A stretch of 64,000 nucleotides of DNA from Patescibacteria group bacterium (GTDB lineage: Bacteria > Patescibacteriota > Minisyncoccia > JAHISW01 > Tagabacteraceae), in NCBI GenBank assembly GCA_018819015.1, contig JAHJQY010000016.1:18064-82063 (forward strand), read 5' to 3'. Below are positions 47,471 to 56,209 of the stretch, piece by piece. The notes under the pieces were generated by a model. That model saw only the letters and a program-made list of their open reading frames with translations, searched no databases and was not told the DNA's origin. Numbering within the stretch: position 1 is the stretch's first letter; each line of letters begins with the position of its first letter. Position numbers and translations under genes: made by a program.

Positions 47471-47848
47471 ATGAAGAAACGCATACTTTTTATTGAAGAC
47501 GAAGAACATTTGCAAAAACTGGCCGTTTCGGCGCTGCAAGAGGCCGGTTATGAAGTTTTGAGCGCTTACGATGGGGAAGCGGGCATTAAAATTTTGGAAG
47601 AAAGAAAGCTTGATTTGATTTTGCTGGACTTGATTCTGCCAAAAAAAGATGGTTTTGATGTGCTGGCCTATATGCGTTCAAAAGAAGAAATGAAAAATAT
47701 TCCGGTTATTGTTTTGACTAACTTGGAAGAAAAATTTGATATAGGGCGCGCCATGAAATACGGCATCCGGGCTTATTTGGTCAAGGCGAATTACAGTTTA
47801 GACGAAGTAATAAGCAAAATAAAAGAAATTCTTGGAAATGAAAGTTGA
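47471..47848 (+). CDS. stand-alone receiver-domain response regulator
   Basis: ILFIEDE, LLDLILPKKDG, YLVKA. Confidence 0.93.
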   Translation: MKKRILFIEDEEHLQKLAVSALQEAGYEVLSAYDGEAGIKILEERKLDLILLDLILPKKDGFDVLAYMRSKEEMKNIPVIVLTNLEEKFDIGRAMKYGIRAYLVKANYSLDEVISKIKEILGNES

Positions 47849-49592
47849 ACCGCGACAATTAAAAGTTTTTTTGCTGGACGCCGGGCTTGTTTCTGAATCT
47901 GATTTGGAAAAAATCGGCCAGGAAGCGGAAAAAGAAAAAAAAGACCTTGGAGAACTTTTAGTAAAAAAAGGAAAAATTACCAGCAATGATTTGCGCCGCT
48001 TGCAAGCGTATATTTTGGGCATTCCTTTTGTTGATTTGGAAAAGGAAAAAATTGATTTCAAAATTTTGTCTTTTATTCCGGAGCCGATAGCCAGGTCGTA
48101 CAACATAATCGCTTTTAATAAAAAAGACAGCGAGCTTGAAGTGGCCATGCTTGACCCGCAGGATTTGAAAGCAATAGATTTTATCAAGAAAAAATCCGAT
48201 TTGAAAATTTTGCCAAGACTGACCACGGATAAATCCATAAAAAACGCGCTTCAGCAGTACCACAAAAGTTTGAAGGCGGAGTTTGGCGACATTATTAAAA
48301 AAGAAAGCGGCGAATTTATAAAACCTATTATTGAAGAAGTTGCCGGTAGCGGAAGCAAGGTGGATTTGGAAAAAATGGCCGGTGAATTGCCCGTGATAAA
48401 AATTGTTGACACCTTATTGAAACACGCGATTATTCAAAGGGCCAGTGATATACACATTGAGCCGATGGAAAAAGAAGTTTTGGTCAGGTATAGGATTGAC
48501 GGTATTCTGCATGATGCCATGGATTTGCCGAAAGAAGTTGCCGATGCTGTTACTGCCAGGATAAAAGTCCTTTCCAGTTTGAAGCTGGACGAAAAAAGAC
48601 TGCCGCAGGACGGGCGCTTTAAAATAGAAACACCGGAAGAAAAAATTTCTTTTCGCGTTTCCATATTGCCTGTTTACGGAGGAGAAAAAACTGTTTTAAG
48701 AATTTTACATGAGAATGCCAAAGGTTTTTCTTTGGAAACTTTGGGTTTTCACGGCGAGCAGCTGGAAGCGGTGCATAAAGCCATAATCCGGCCGCATGGC
48801 ATGATTTTGGCGACCGGCCCGACCGGCTGCGGGAAAACCACCACTCTTTATACCGTTTTGGATATTTTGAATACTCCGGGCGTAAATATTTCCACCATTG
48901 AAGATCCGATTGAATACCAGATTCCGCGGATAAACCAGACACAGGTTAAGCCGGAAATCGGATTTTCTTTTTCCAGCGGTTTGAGGTCTTTGGTTCGTCA
49001 GGACCCGGATATTATTATGGTCGGCGAAATCAGGGATTCCGAGACGGCCTCTTTGGCGGTTAATGCCGCCCTAACCGGCCATTTGGTGCTGTCAACTTTG
49101 CATACTAATTCCGCCTCCGGCGCTTTTCCTCGCTTGCTGGATATGGGCATAGAGCCGTTTCTTTTGGTTTCAACCTTGAACCTTGTTATTGCTCAGCGTT
49201 TGGTCAGGCGCTTGTGCGAAGGAAAAGAGCCGTATAAATTAACTAAGCAAAATTTGGAAGATTTGGGGGAGGAGGTGGATTTGAAAAGAGTTTTGGAAAT
49301 TTTGAAAAAAACAAAAACGATAAAGCCAGATCAAGATTGGGACAGCATAGTTTTTTACAAACCAAAGTCGACGCCGGATTCTCCTGATGGTTACAAGGGC
49401 AGGATTGGCATTCACGAGGCTTTAGTTGTCACCGAGACTATCAAGGAACTCATGATGAAAAATTCTACCGCCGATGAAGTGGAAGCACGGGCGAAAAAGG
49501 AAGGCATGCAGACGATGTTTGAAGACGGAATTTTGAAAGCGGCGCAAGGACTGATCTCGCTGGAAGAAGTTTTCAGAGTGACGCGGGAGTAA
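47838..49592 (+). CDS. pilB: type IV pilus extension ATPase PilB (paralog 2)
   Basis: ASDIHIEP, TGPTGCGKTT, TIEDPIEY, RQDPDIIMVGEIRD; upstream of pilC and pilins. Confidence 0.92.
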   Translation: MKVEPRQLKVFLLDAGLVSESDLEKIGQEAEKEKKDLGELLVKKGKITSNDLRRLQAYILGIPFVDLEKEKIDFKILSFIPEPIARSYNIIAFNKKDSELEVAMLDPQDLKAIDFIKKKSDLKILPRLTTDKSIKNALQQYHKSLKAEFGDIIKKESGEFIKPIIEEVAGSGSKVDLEKMAGELPVIKIVDTLLKHAIIQRASDIHIEPMEKEVLVRYRIDGILHDAMDLPKEVADAVTARIKVLSSLKLDEKRLPQDGRFKIETPEEKISFRVSILPVYGGEKTVLRILHENAKGFSLETLGFHGEQLEAVHKAIIRPHGMILATGPTGCGKTTTLYTVLDILNTPGVNISTIEDPIEYQIPRINQTQVKPEIGFSFSSGLRSLVRQDPDIIMVGEIRDSETASLAVNAALTGHLVLSTLHTNSASGAFPRLLDMGIEPFLLVSTLNLVIAQRLVRRLCEGKEPYKLTKQNLEDLGEEVDLKRVLEILKKTKTIKPDQDWDSIVFYKPKSTPDSPDGYKGRIGIHEALVVTETIKELMMKNSTADEVEARAKKEGMQTMFEDGILKAAQGLISLEEVFRVTRE

Positions 49593-49605
49593 TTTCTTTT
49601 TTAGT

Positions 49606-49634
49606 ATCTGTGGGAGGTCGGACCTCCCACAGAT
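49606..49634. repeat. perfect 29-bp palindrome with single-base centre
   Basis: ATCTGTGGGAGGTC-G-GACCTCCCACAGAT. Confidence 0.9.
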
Positions 49635-49639
49635 TATTT

Positions 49640-49726
49640 ACTATATAGTTTAAAGCGGTCGTCACTAGTTATATAGTGTTTTTTTCACAAGGTACAAAAA
49701 AGGCCGACCGGACCATTTTGTACCTT
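49640..49726. repeat. two 38-bp CGGTCG-centred inverted-repeat elements
   Basis: 49640-49677 and 49689-49726, same geometry as elements at 20617-20746. Confidence 0.75.
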
Positions 49727-49757
49727 TTTTGAATAACCCTTTTTTGAATAACCCTTT
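49724..49757. repeat. 15-bp tandem duplication
   Basis: CTTTTTTGAATAACC x2 plus CTTT. Confidence 0.85.
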
Positions 49758-49835
49758 GTAATTTGACAGGGTAGTATAAATATGCTATCTTGTTTTTAGA
49801 ATTTGGCATTGAAAATCGAAAAAAGGAGAGAAATA

Positions 49836-50030
49836 ATGTTATCAAATACAAATAATGTTTTTGGCAGGATGGTGTTAATTGTTATTTTCCCAGCCTGTTT
49901 CTATTTAAGTATAAAGTTTCTGGGTTTTCTATTTGAGGTGGGCTGGAATTCTGTTCTTCTAAAAAAACTTTTTGTTGTTGCAATTTCTTCTATGGTTTAT
50001 GGGGTTATTGCGAGTAAAATGATTAAATAA
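49836..50030 (+). CDS. 64-aa two-TM small protein with its own promoter and terminator
   Basis: TTGACA-N17-TATCTT at 49763-49791, AAGGAG RBS, hairpin downstream. Confidence 0.6.
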   Translation: MLSNTNNVFGRMVLIVIFPACFYLSIKFLGFLFEVGWNSVLLKKLFVVAISSMVYGVIASKMIK

Positions 50031-50048
50031 GATAAATATTTTTATTCT

Positions 50049-50083
50049 AAAAACTCGGAGAACGAGAATTCTCCGAGTTTTTT
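50049..50083 (+). terminator. intrinsic terminator
   Basis: AAAAACTCGGAGAA-loop-TTCTCCGAGTTTTTT. Confidence 0.8.
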
Positions 50084-50123
50084 CATTTTTAGCAAATTGT
50101 TTTTGTGATATTATTTAAATAAG

Positions 50124-51335
50124 ATGCCGAGTTTTAAATTTAAGGCGAAAAATTTGGAAGGAAAGGAAATTAATGGCACGCGCGAAGCGGAGGACAAATT
50201 CGCTTTGGCGCGCGCTTTGAGGCAGGAAAATTACATCCTCATTGATTTTCAGGAAGAGGGCAAAAAAAGAAAATGGAATATTTTTTCTTTTAGTTTTGAT
50301 GGAGTGCCTTTTGCCGAGAAAATGATTTTTACTCATAATCTGGCAGTCATGGTGGGCGCCGGCATTTCTTTAACCAGGGCGCTGGGTATTTTGATAGAAC
50401 AGTCAAAGAATGTAAAATTCAAAAAAATTATTTTAAAAATTTCCAATGATATTACGAAAGGGCGGAGTTTAAGCGACAGTTTGTCCGATCATAAAAAAAT
50501 TTTTTCCGCTCTGTATGTTTCCATGGTCAAGGCGGGCGAAAAGAGCGGTAAGCTTCACGAGTCTCTGAATTTGCTGGCCGACCAGATGGAAAAGGAGATG
50601 CGCATAAAAAGAAAAATAAGAGGCGCCATGGTTTACCCGCTCATTGTGTTAATTACCATGGTTGGCATCGCTATTTTAATGCTGATTTATGTTGTTCCCA
50701 GCCTGGTTTCCACCTTTGGGGAATTGGGCATTCAATTGCCTTTGAGTACAAGAATCATAATCTGGCTTAGCCGGTCTTTGATTTCCAGTTCTCTTTTGAT
50801 TCTTTCTGTTTTTGTTGTTTTGGTAATTTCTTTTATTTATCTTTTGCGCTTGGCAGCCGTCAGAAAATTTTTAGACGGCGCTTGGCTGCGTCTTCCTATA
50901 ATTTCTCCATTGATACAGAAAATTAATTCGGCCAGAACGGCGCGGACATTATCTTCTCTTATTGATTCCGGTGTTGAGATTTTGGAGGCGATGACCATAA
51001 CCTCGGAGGTTGTTCAAAACGTGCATTATAAAAATGTTTTGATGGAATCTAAAAAAGATATACAAAAAGGCGAGGCAATTTCCGTTTCAATTAGAAAGTC
51101 AAAGGGAGTTTTTCCTTTGCTTTTCGGGGAAATGGTGGCCGTTGGAGAAGAAACAGGAAAGCTTTCAGAAATGCTTTTGCAGCTGGCAGTTTTTTATGAG
51201 GAAGAAGTGAACGAGGCGACAAAAGATATGGCAACCGTGATAGAACCGGTATTAATGGTTGTTATCGGCGCCGCCGTGGGTTTTTTCGCGATTTCAATGG
51301 TGAAGCCGATGTATTCAATGCTTGACGCTATTTAA
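50124..51335 (+). CDS. pilC: type IV pilus platform protein PilC (GspF family)
   Basis: AGEKSGKL, AMVYP, VGEETGKL, IEPVL. Confidence 0.95.
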   Translation: MPSFKFKAKNLEGKEINGTREAEDKFALARALRQENYILIDFQEEGKKRKWNIFSFSFDGVPFAEKMIFTHNLAVMVGAGISLTRALGILIEQSKNVKFKKIILKISNDITKGRSLSDSLSDHKKIFSALYVSMVKAGEKSGKLHESLNLLADQMEKEMRIKRKIRGAMVYPLIVLITMVGIAILMLIYVVPSLVSTFGELGIQLPLSTRIIIWLSRSLISSSLLILSVFVVLVISFIYLLRLAAVRKFLDGAWLRLPIISPLIQKINSARTARTLSSLIDSGVEILEAMTITSEVVQNVHYKNVLMESKKDIQKGEAISVSIRKSKGVFPLLFGEMVAVGEETGKLSEMLLQLAVFYEEEVNEATKDMATVIEPVLMVVIGAAVGFFAISMVKPMYSMLDAI

Positions 51336-51352
51336 TTAATGCAAAGCGCAAA

Positions 51353-52669
51353 ATGCAAAACTTAAACAAGGGAATTTCTTTGGTGGAGGCATTGGTTGGC
51401 ATTGCTTTGATGCTGGTTGTTTTTGTCAGCTTTGTGGGTTTTTTGAATGCGGGGATAAAAATTGTCGGTGTTTCAAGCGCCAAGGTTGGGGCCGTGGCGC
51501 TGGCCAATGAGCAAATGGAAAAAATAAGAAATCTGCCTTACGCCGAGGTTGGCACAGTCGGCGGCATTCCCTCCGGCAATGTGCCGCAAAATATTTCTTC
51601 TGTTTTGAACGGCATAAATTATACGATTCGCACTTTGATACAATATGTTGACGACCCGGCTGACGGCGAAGGAGCCGAAGATGAGAATGGCATAACTGCG
51701 GATTATAAAAGAGTAAAAGTGGAAGTTGGCTGGGAGGGAAAAAATTTTACAAATCCGCTAGTTTTTGTTTCCGATGTCATGCCAAAAGGCATGGAAACAA
51801 ATGCCGGCGACGGAACTTTGAAGATAAATGTTTTTGATGCCGCTATTTCTCCTGTTGTTTCAGCCGATGTTCATATTGAAAATAGCGAACTTGTTCCGTC
51901 TGTTTCCGTTGATGTTTTTACCAATTCACAAGGTAAAGTAGTCTTTCCTGGCGCGCCAACAGCCGCTTCTTACAAGATTACTGTAACTAAAACTGGACAT
52001 AGTTCAGCTCAAACTTATGATGTTACACCTGAAAATCCCAATCCTCAGCCGGGACACTTGACTATTTTGGAAGGAGAAACTACTGAAGCCAGTTTTTCTA
52101 TAGATTTAGTTTCTACAAAAACTGTTAAAACTTTTGAAGCTACCACCACGCTTCCGTTAATTCCTTTTCACATGAGGGGAGAAAAGATTATTGGCAAAGA
52201 TATAGACAATGAACCTATTTATAAATATTCCCATGATTTATTGAGTGGCGGCGACGGGGCAAAAGAGATATTTAATCTTGAGTGGGATAATTATTTGTTG
52301 ACAATAGATGGGCCATCCACCGGTTATGATATTTCGGAAATATGTCCGTTTCAACCATTTAATATTCTGCCTGATACGAATAATACAACAGATATAATTT
52401 TGTTTCCGCATGTAACTAATACATTTTTGGTGTCAGTGAAAGACGGAAGCGGTAATTTTATTCCCGGCGCTTCAGCGCGGTTGTATAAAACCGGTTATGA
52501 TAAAACAGTGGACTCGTCGGCTACTTGCGGCCAATCGTTTTTTTCGCCGCTTTCAGCCTCGGCTAGTTATACACTTGAAGTGACAAAAACCGGTTATCAG
52601 AATTTTAGTTTGTCCAACATTAGTATTAGCGGACAATCAAATATGGAAATAAATCTTTCGCCGCTTTAA
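51353..52669 (+). CDS. large minor pilin with carboxypeptidase-regulatory-like Ig domains
   Basis: KG/ISLVE prepilin cleavage motif; YKITVTKTG and YTLEVTKTGY repeats. Confidence 0.85.
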   Translation: MQNLNKGISLVEALVGIALMLVVFVSFVGFLNAGIKIVGVSSAKVGAVALANEQMEKIRNLPYAEVGTVGGIPSGNVPQNISSVLNGINYTIRTLIQYVDDPADGEGAEDENGITADYKRVKVEVGWEGKNFTNPLVFVSDVMPKGMETNAGDGTLKINVFDAAISPVVSADVHIENSELVPSVSVDVFTNSQGKVVFPGAPTAASYKITVTKTGHSSAQTYDVTPENPNPQPGHLTILEGETTEASFSIDLVSTKTVKTFEATTTLPLIPFHMRGEKIIGKDIDNEPIYKYSHDLLSGGDGAKEIFNLEWDNYLLTIDGPSTGYDISEICPFQPFNILPDTNNTTDIILFPHVTNTFLVSVKDGSGNFIPGASARLYKTGYDKTVDSSATCGQSFFSPLSASASYTLEVTKTGYQNFSLSNISISGQSNMEINLSPL

Positions 52670-52681
52670 TTTTATATTTTT

Positions 52682-53263
52682 ATGAACAAAGGCTTAACAA
52701 TAGTAGAAACATTGGTTTATATAGCGGTTTTCACTTTGGCCATGGGGGCTGTCTCCGGTTTCATCATCTATTTTTACAGAGGAAATTTTTATATTATTCA
52801 GCAGGCTTATGCCGTGAATAGCGCCAGGAGGGGGATTGAAACCATGACGCGCGAGATAAGGGAAATTACTTATTCCGATTCCGGCGCTTATCCGGTGGTG
52901 GCTGCCCAAGAACAAAGTTTTATTTTTTACAGCGATATTGATAAAGATGAGAATGTTGAAAAAGTGCGGTATTTTTTGGAAGGAACTGATTTTAAAAAGA
53001 GCGAGATTCAAGCCGTCGGCGACCCTCCCGTTTATCAAGACGGAGAAGAAATAATTTCGGTTATTTCAGACAATGTTCGCAATGGAGTTCAGTTGGTTTT
53101 TACTTATTATAACGCTTCAAGTACGGAAGTCGCTGATTTGAGTTGGATTACGGACATCAGATTGGTAAAAGTTAATTTGGTAGTGAATGTTGAACCAAAT
53201 AGGGCGCCGGGGGAATTTACTTTGACATCCAGCGCCCAGATTAGAAACCTTAAAGAGGAATGA
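52682..53263 (+). CDS. minor pilin (PilW/PulJ-like)
   Basis: KG/LTIVE prepilin motif, MTREIR. Confidence 0.85.
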   Translation: MNKGLTIVETLVYIAVFTLAMGAVSGFIIYFYRGNFYIIQQAYAVNSARRGIETMTREIREITYSDSGAYPVVAAQEQSFIFYSDIDKDENVEKVRYFLEGTDFKKSEIQAVGDPPVYQDGEEIISVISDNVRNGVQLVFTYYNASSTEVADLSWITDIRLVKVNLVVNVEPNRAPGEFTLTSSAQIRNLKEE

Positions 53264-54669
53264 GCAAATTTCATCATTTTAATAACAGGGGTAGTATTGT
53301 TCTTATGGTTCTGGTGTTCAGCGGCATTTTTATTATTTTGTTCAGCGGAACTTTCGGATTTATTTTTACGCAGCACAAATTTCAAGCGGAAAAAGCGGAA
53401 AGAGAGAAAGCTTTGGAAATTGCGGAGGCGGGCGCGAATTATTATAAATGGTTTTTATCCCATTATCCGGATGATTTAACCGACGGCACGGGGGAGCCGG
53501 GTCCTTATGAGCATGAATATTATGATCCAGAAGGCGGCGCTATTGGTAAATTCAGTTTGGAGATTAGCGGAGTGCAATCCTGCGGTTTTTATTCGGCTAT
53601 TGATATAACATCTACTGGCTGGACCCATAAAGAACCGTCTTTAAAAAGAGTGGTTAAGGTAAAATATGCCAGACCTTCTGTGGCGGAATACGCTTATATA
53701 CTTAATGATAATGTTTGGGCGGGCGCGGACAGAGAAATAAAAGGAAAATATCATTCCAATGGCGGAATAAGAATGGACGGTGAAAATGATTCCTTGGTGA
53801 CCAGCGCCAAAACGACATGGCAGTGCACTTCGTCTTTCGGTTGTTCTAGCCCTTACGAGGTAAAGCCGGGAGTGTTTGGCGACGGCGAAGGAGGAGAGCG
53901 AGGTTTGTGGGAATTTCCGGTTCAATCAATTGATTTTGCCGGCTTGTCTTTGGATCTAGTTCAGATGAAAAATTTGGCTCAAGCCGCCGGCGTTTATTTT
54001 GCTCCGCAAGGCAAAGGATATCGCGTAGTTTTCAAAAATAACGGCACTTTTGACGCGTATGCCGTTAATTCGGTTAACGCTGTTTATGGTTATAGCTTGG
54101 AAGAGGGTTACCATTGGGATTATCATGTGATTCAGAGCGAAACTTTTTTGCAGAATTCTGTTATTCCTGGAAGTTGTAGTTTAATTTTTGTGGAAGATGA
54201 TCTTTGGTTGGAGGGGGAAGTGAACGGAAAGGTTTCAATTATTGCCGCTGACCTTATTACTCCCAATGTGGATCCGGATATAATTTTGGACGGCAATATA
54301 ACGTATACTTCTTCCGATGGCTCTGATGGTTTGTTGGCGGTGGCGGAAAGAAATGTTTTGATACCGCTTTATTCGCCCGACCAGATGGAGCTGAAAGGAA
54401 TTTTCATAGCGCAAAAAGGGCACTTCGGAAGAAACCATTATTCTTGTTCGTCGTATAGTCCTTGGTGTAAAAGGAATAAGTTAGAGATGGTTGGTTCCGT
54501 GGTCAGTAATGGCCGAGTCGGCACCAAATGGACATCTGGCGGAACATTTGTTTCAGGATATGAAAACAGGGAAAATTCTTATGATAGGAAATTGATGACT
54601 TCTCCTCCGCCAATGACGCCTTTTTCTGACGACGAGTTCCGGTTTGTTAAATGGGAGGAAGTAAACTAA
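53260..54669 (+). CDS. PilX-like minor pilin
   Basis: RG/SIVLM lacking E5, ALEIAEAG, C-terminal PPPMTP..WEE. Confidence 0.8.
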   Translation: MSKFHHFNNRGSIVLMVLVFSGIFIILFSGTFGFIFTQHKFQAEKAEREKALEIAEAGANYYKWFLSHYPDDLTDGTGEPGPYEHEYYDPEGGAIGKFSLEISGVQSCGFYSAIDITSTGWTHKEPSLKRVVKVKYARPSVAEYAYILNDNVWAGADREIKGKYHSNGGIRMDGENDSLVTSAKTTWQCTSSFGCSSPYEVKPGVFGDGEGGERGLWEFPVQSIDFAGLSLDLVQMKNLAQAAGVYFAPQGKGYRVVFKNNGTFDAYAVNSVNAVYGYSLEEGYHWDYHVIQSETFLQNSVIPGSCSLIFVEDDLWLEGEVNGKVSIIAADLITPNVDPDIILDGNITYTSSDGSDGLLAVAERNVLIPLYSPDQMELKGIFIAQKGHFGRNHYSCSSYSPWCKRNKLEMVGSVVSNGRVGTKWTSGGTFVSGYENRENSYDRKLMTSPPPMTPFSDDEFRFVKWEEVN

Positions 54670-55340
54670 TAAAACAACTCTTTTAAAATAAATTTTATTT
54701 TAATTTCCATCATTGCCAGGATTCCCATTGAATTCATTTTATTTTCAAATTGTCTTTTTTTGATGGCTTCAAAAATCGCCCTTGGTGTTTTTTCATTTGC
54801 ATTAATCAAGGCATAGCCCCTATTCGCGTCTTTTAATTGGTGCGTGTCAGAAGTGGCAATGAGTGGTTTGTTATATTTTGTTGACACCGCCATTGCTTTT
54901 TTGTTGAAGTCGAATATTTTATTGGAAAAGATGGTGAGCTCTATGGCGTCAAATAATGCAATGTTTTTGATTAGTTTTTTGCCCAGACTTTTTCTGCTCC
55001 AAACAAACGGGTGTGGAGCCAGAATAAAAATTTGCGGATTGTTTTTTTTGTAATTTTTTAGTTCCTGAAAAGTTTTAATTTTTTCTGCCTCTTCGTTGCA
55101 TCCCAAAATTACAACATGTTTTTTTTTAATCTTTGCTTCTATGCCGGGTATCAGCAAAATGCCTTTTTGTTTCGCGTATTCTATATATTCTTTTTTGAAG
55201 ACGACTTTTTCGTGGCAGGTTATAGCCAAAGCGCCATACCCTTTTTCTTTGGCCTTATCTACGGCTTCGTAAATAGTATGTGGAATTTTATCTTTCGGGT
55301 CGTCCGCGGTATGGAGATGAAAATTGGTTTTTATTATCAT
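54666..55340 (-). CDS. PHP-domain metallophosphoesterase
   Basis: FHLHT, AITCHE, PGIE, APHPF, ATSDTH. Confidence 0.9.
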   Translation of the reverse strand: MIIKTNFHLHTADDPKDKIPHTIYEAVDKAKEKGYGALAITCHEKVVFKKEYIEYAKQKGILLIPGIEAKIKKKHVVILGCNEEAEKIKTFQELKNYKKNNPQIFILAPHPFVWSRKSLGKKLIKNIALFDAIELTIFSNKIFDFNKKAMAVSTKYNKPLIATSDTHQLKDANRGYALINANEKTPRAIFEAIKKRQFENKMNSMGILAMMEIKIKFILKELFY

Positions 55341-55370
55341 ATTTATTTACTATATAAAATTATAGACAAT

Positions 55371-55404
55371 AAAAAAATCCCTCGCGATTAATGCGGGGGA
55401 TTTT
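55371..55404. terminator. intrinsic terminator after korB
   Basis: AAAAAAATCCCTCGC-loop-GCGGGGGATTTT. Confidence 0.7.
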
Positions 55405-56209
55405 ATTTTGTTAAATTAAAATATTCATCCAAGCTTTCGAAGTCGCCAAAGACCTTTTTTTGTTCAGGGTTTTGCGTTTCCAAAGCTTTCTTTTTGGAAA
55501 TGTATTGTTCTTTTTGTGCTTCTAGCATTTTGGCGGGCGAGGTTAAATTATTTTTTCTGCCGAAATGCGTTGGGCAAATACTAATGACTTCAGTGAAAGC
55601 GGATTTTTCATTGCCTATCAGTAAATTTTTCTTTATGCCCTTGATTAAATTTTTTGGAAAAACGATCGGATATCGGGAAACAAATTTTGCTTCGGCGCCC
55701 AGAGCGAGCTTGATAATATCAAAAGGTTTTTCAATACTGCCTTCCGGTGTCACCGGTGTTATGGTTTTTTGCGGCGTTGTCGCTCCGGGTTGTCCGCCGG
55801 TCATTCCGTAAACATAATTGTTTAGGCAGAAAATACTCATCGGCAGGTTTCTTCTTAAGGTATGGATTAGGTGGTTGCCGCCGATGGTTGCTAGGTCGCC
55901 ATCTCCGCTGATGACCACAATTTTACTGGCAGGTTTGGCTAGTTTGACTCCTGTGGCGAAAGCCAAGGCGCGGCCGTGCGTGGTGTGAAGCGTTTCGGCC
56001 AGAAAATAAGGATTGGGAATCCAGGCGGCGCAACCAATGCCGGAGATAAAAATAGTTTTATGAAAATCAAATTTTCCTTCTTTTTCCAATTCTTCAGCGG
56101 CTTTTAAAAAGCAGTTGGTGAAAATTCCATAACCGCAGCCGGCGCAGAATGTTGTTTTTTCAATTCTTAAATATTTTTTTCTCAGAGAATATATATTTGT
56201 CATTACCAT
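55403..56209 (-). CDS. 2-oxoacid:ferredoxin oxidoreductase beta subunit
   Basis: FCAGCG, SGIGC, HTTHGRA, GDGD..IGGNH, NNYVYGMTGGQ (TPP binding). Confidence 0.93.
   Translation of the reverse strand: MVMTNIYSLRKKYLRIEKTTFCAGCGYGIFTNCFLKAAEELEKEGKFDFHKTIFISGIGCAAWIPNPYFLAETLHTTHGRALAFATGVKLAKPASKIVVISGDGDLATIGGNHLIHTLRRNLPMSIFCLNNYVYGMTGGQPGATTPQKTITPVTPEGSIEKPFDIIKLALGAEAKFVSRYPIVFPKNLIKGIKKNLLIGNEKSAFTEVISICPTHFGRKNNLTSPAKMLEAQKEQYISKKKALETQNPEQKKVFGDFESLDEYFNLTK

Noticed and set aside
49669-49851. 60-aa minus-strand ORF with RVIQK repeat
   Set aside because: The peptide repeat merely reflects the 15-bp duplication; overlaps a + strand promoter.
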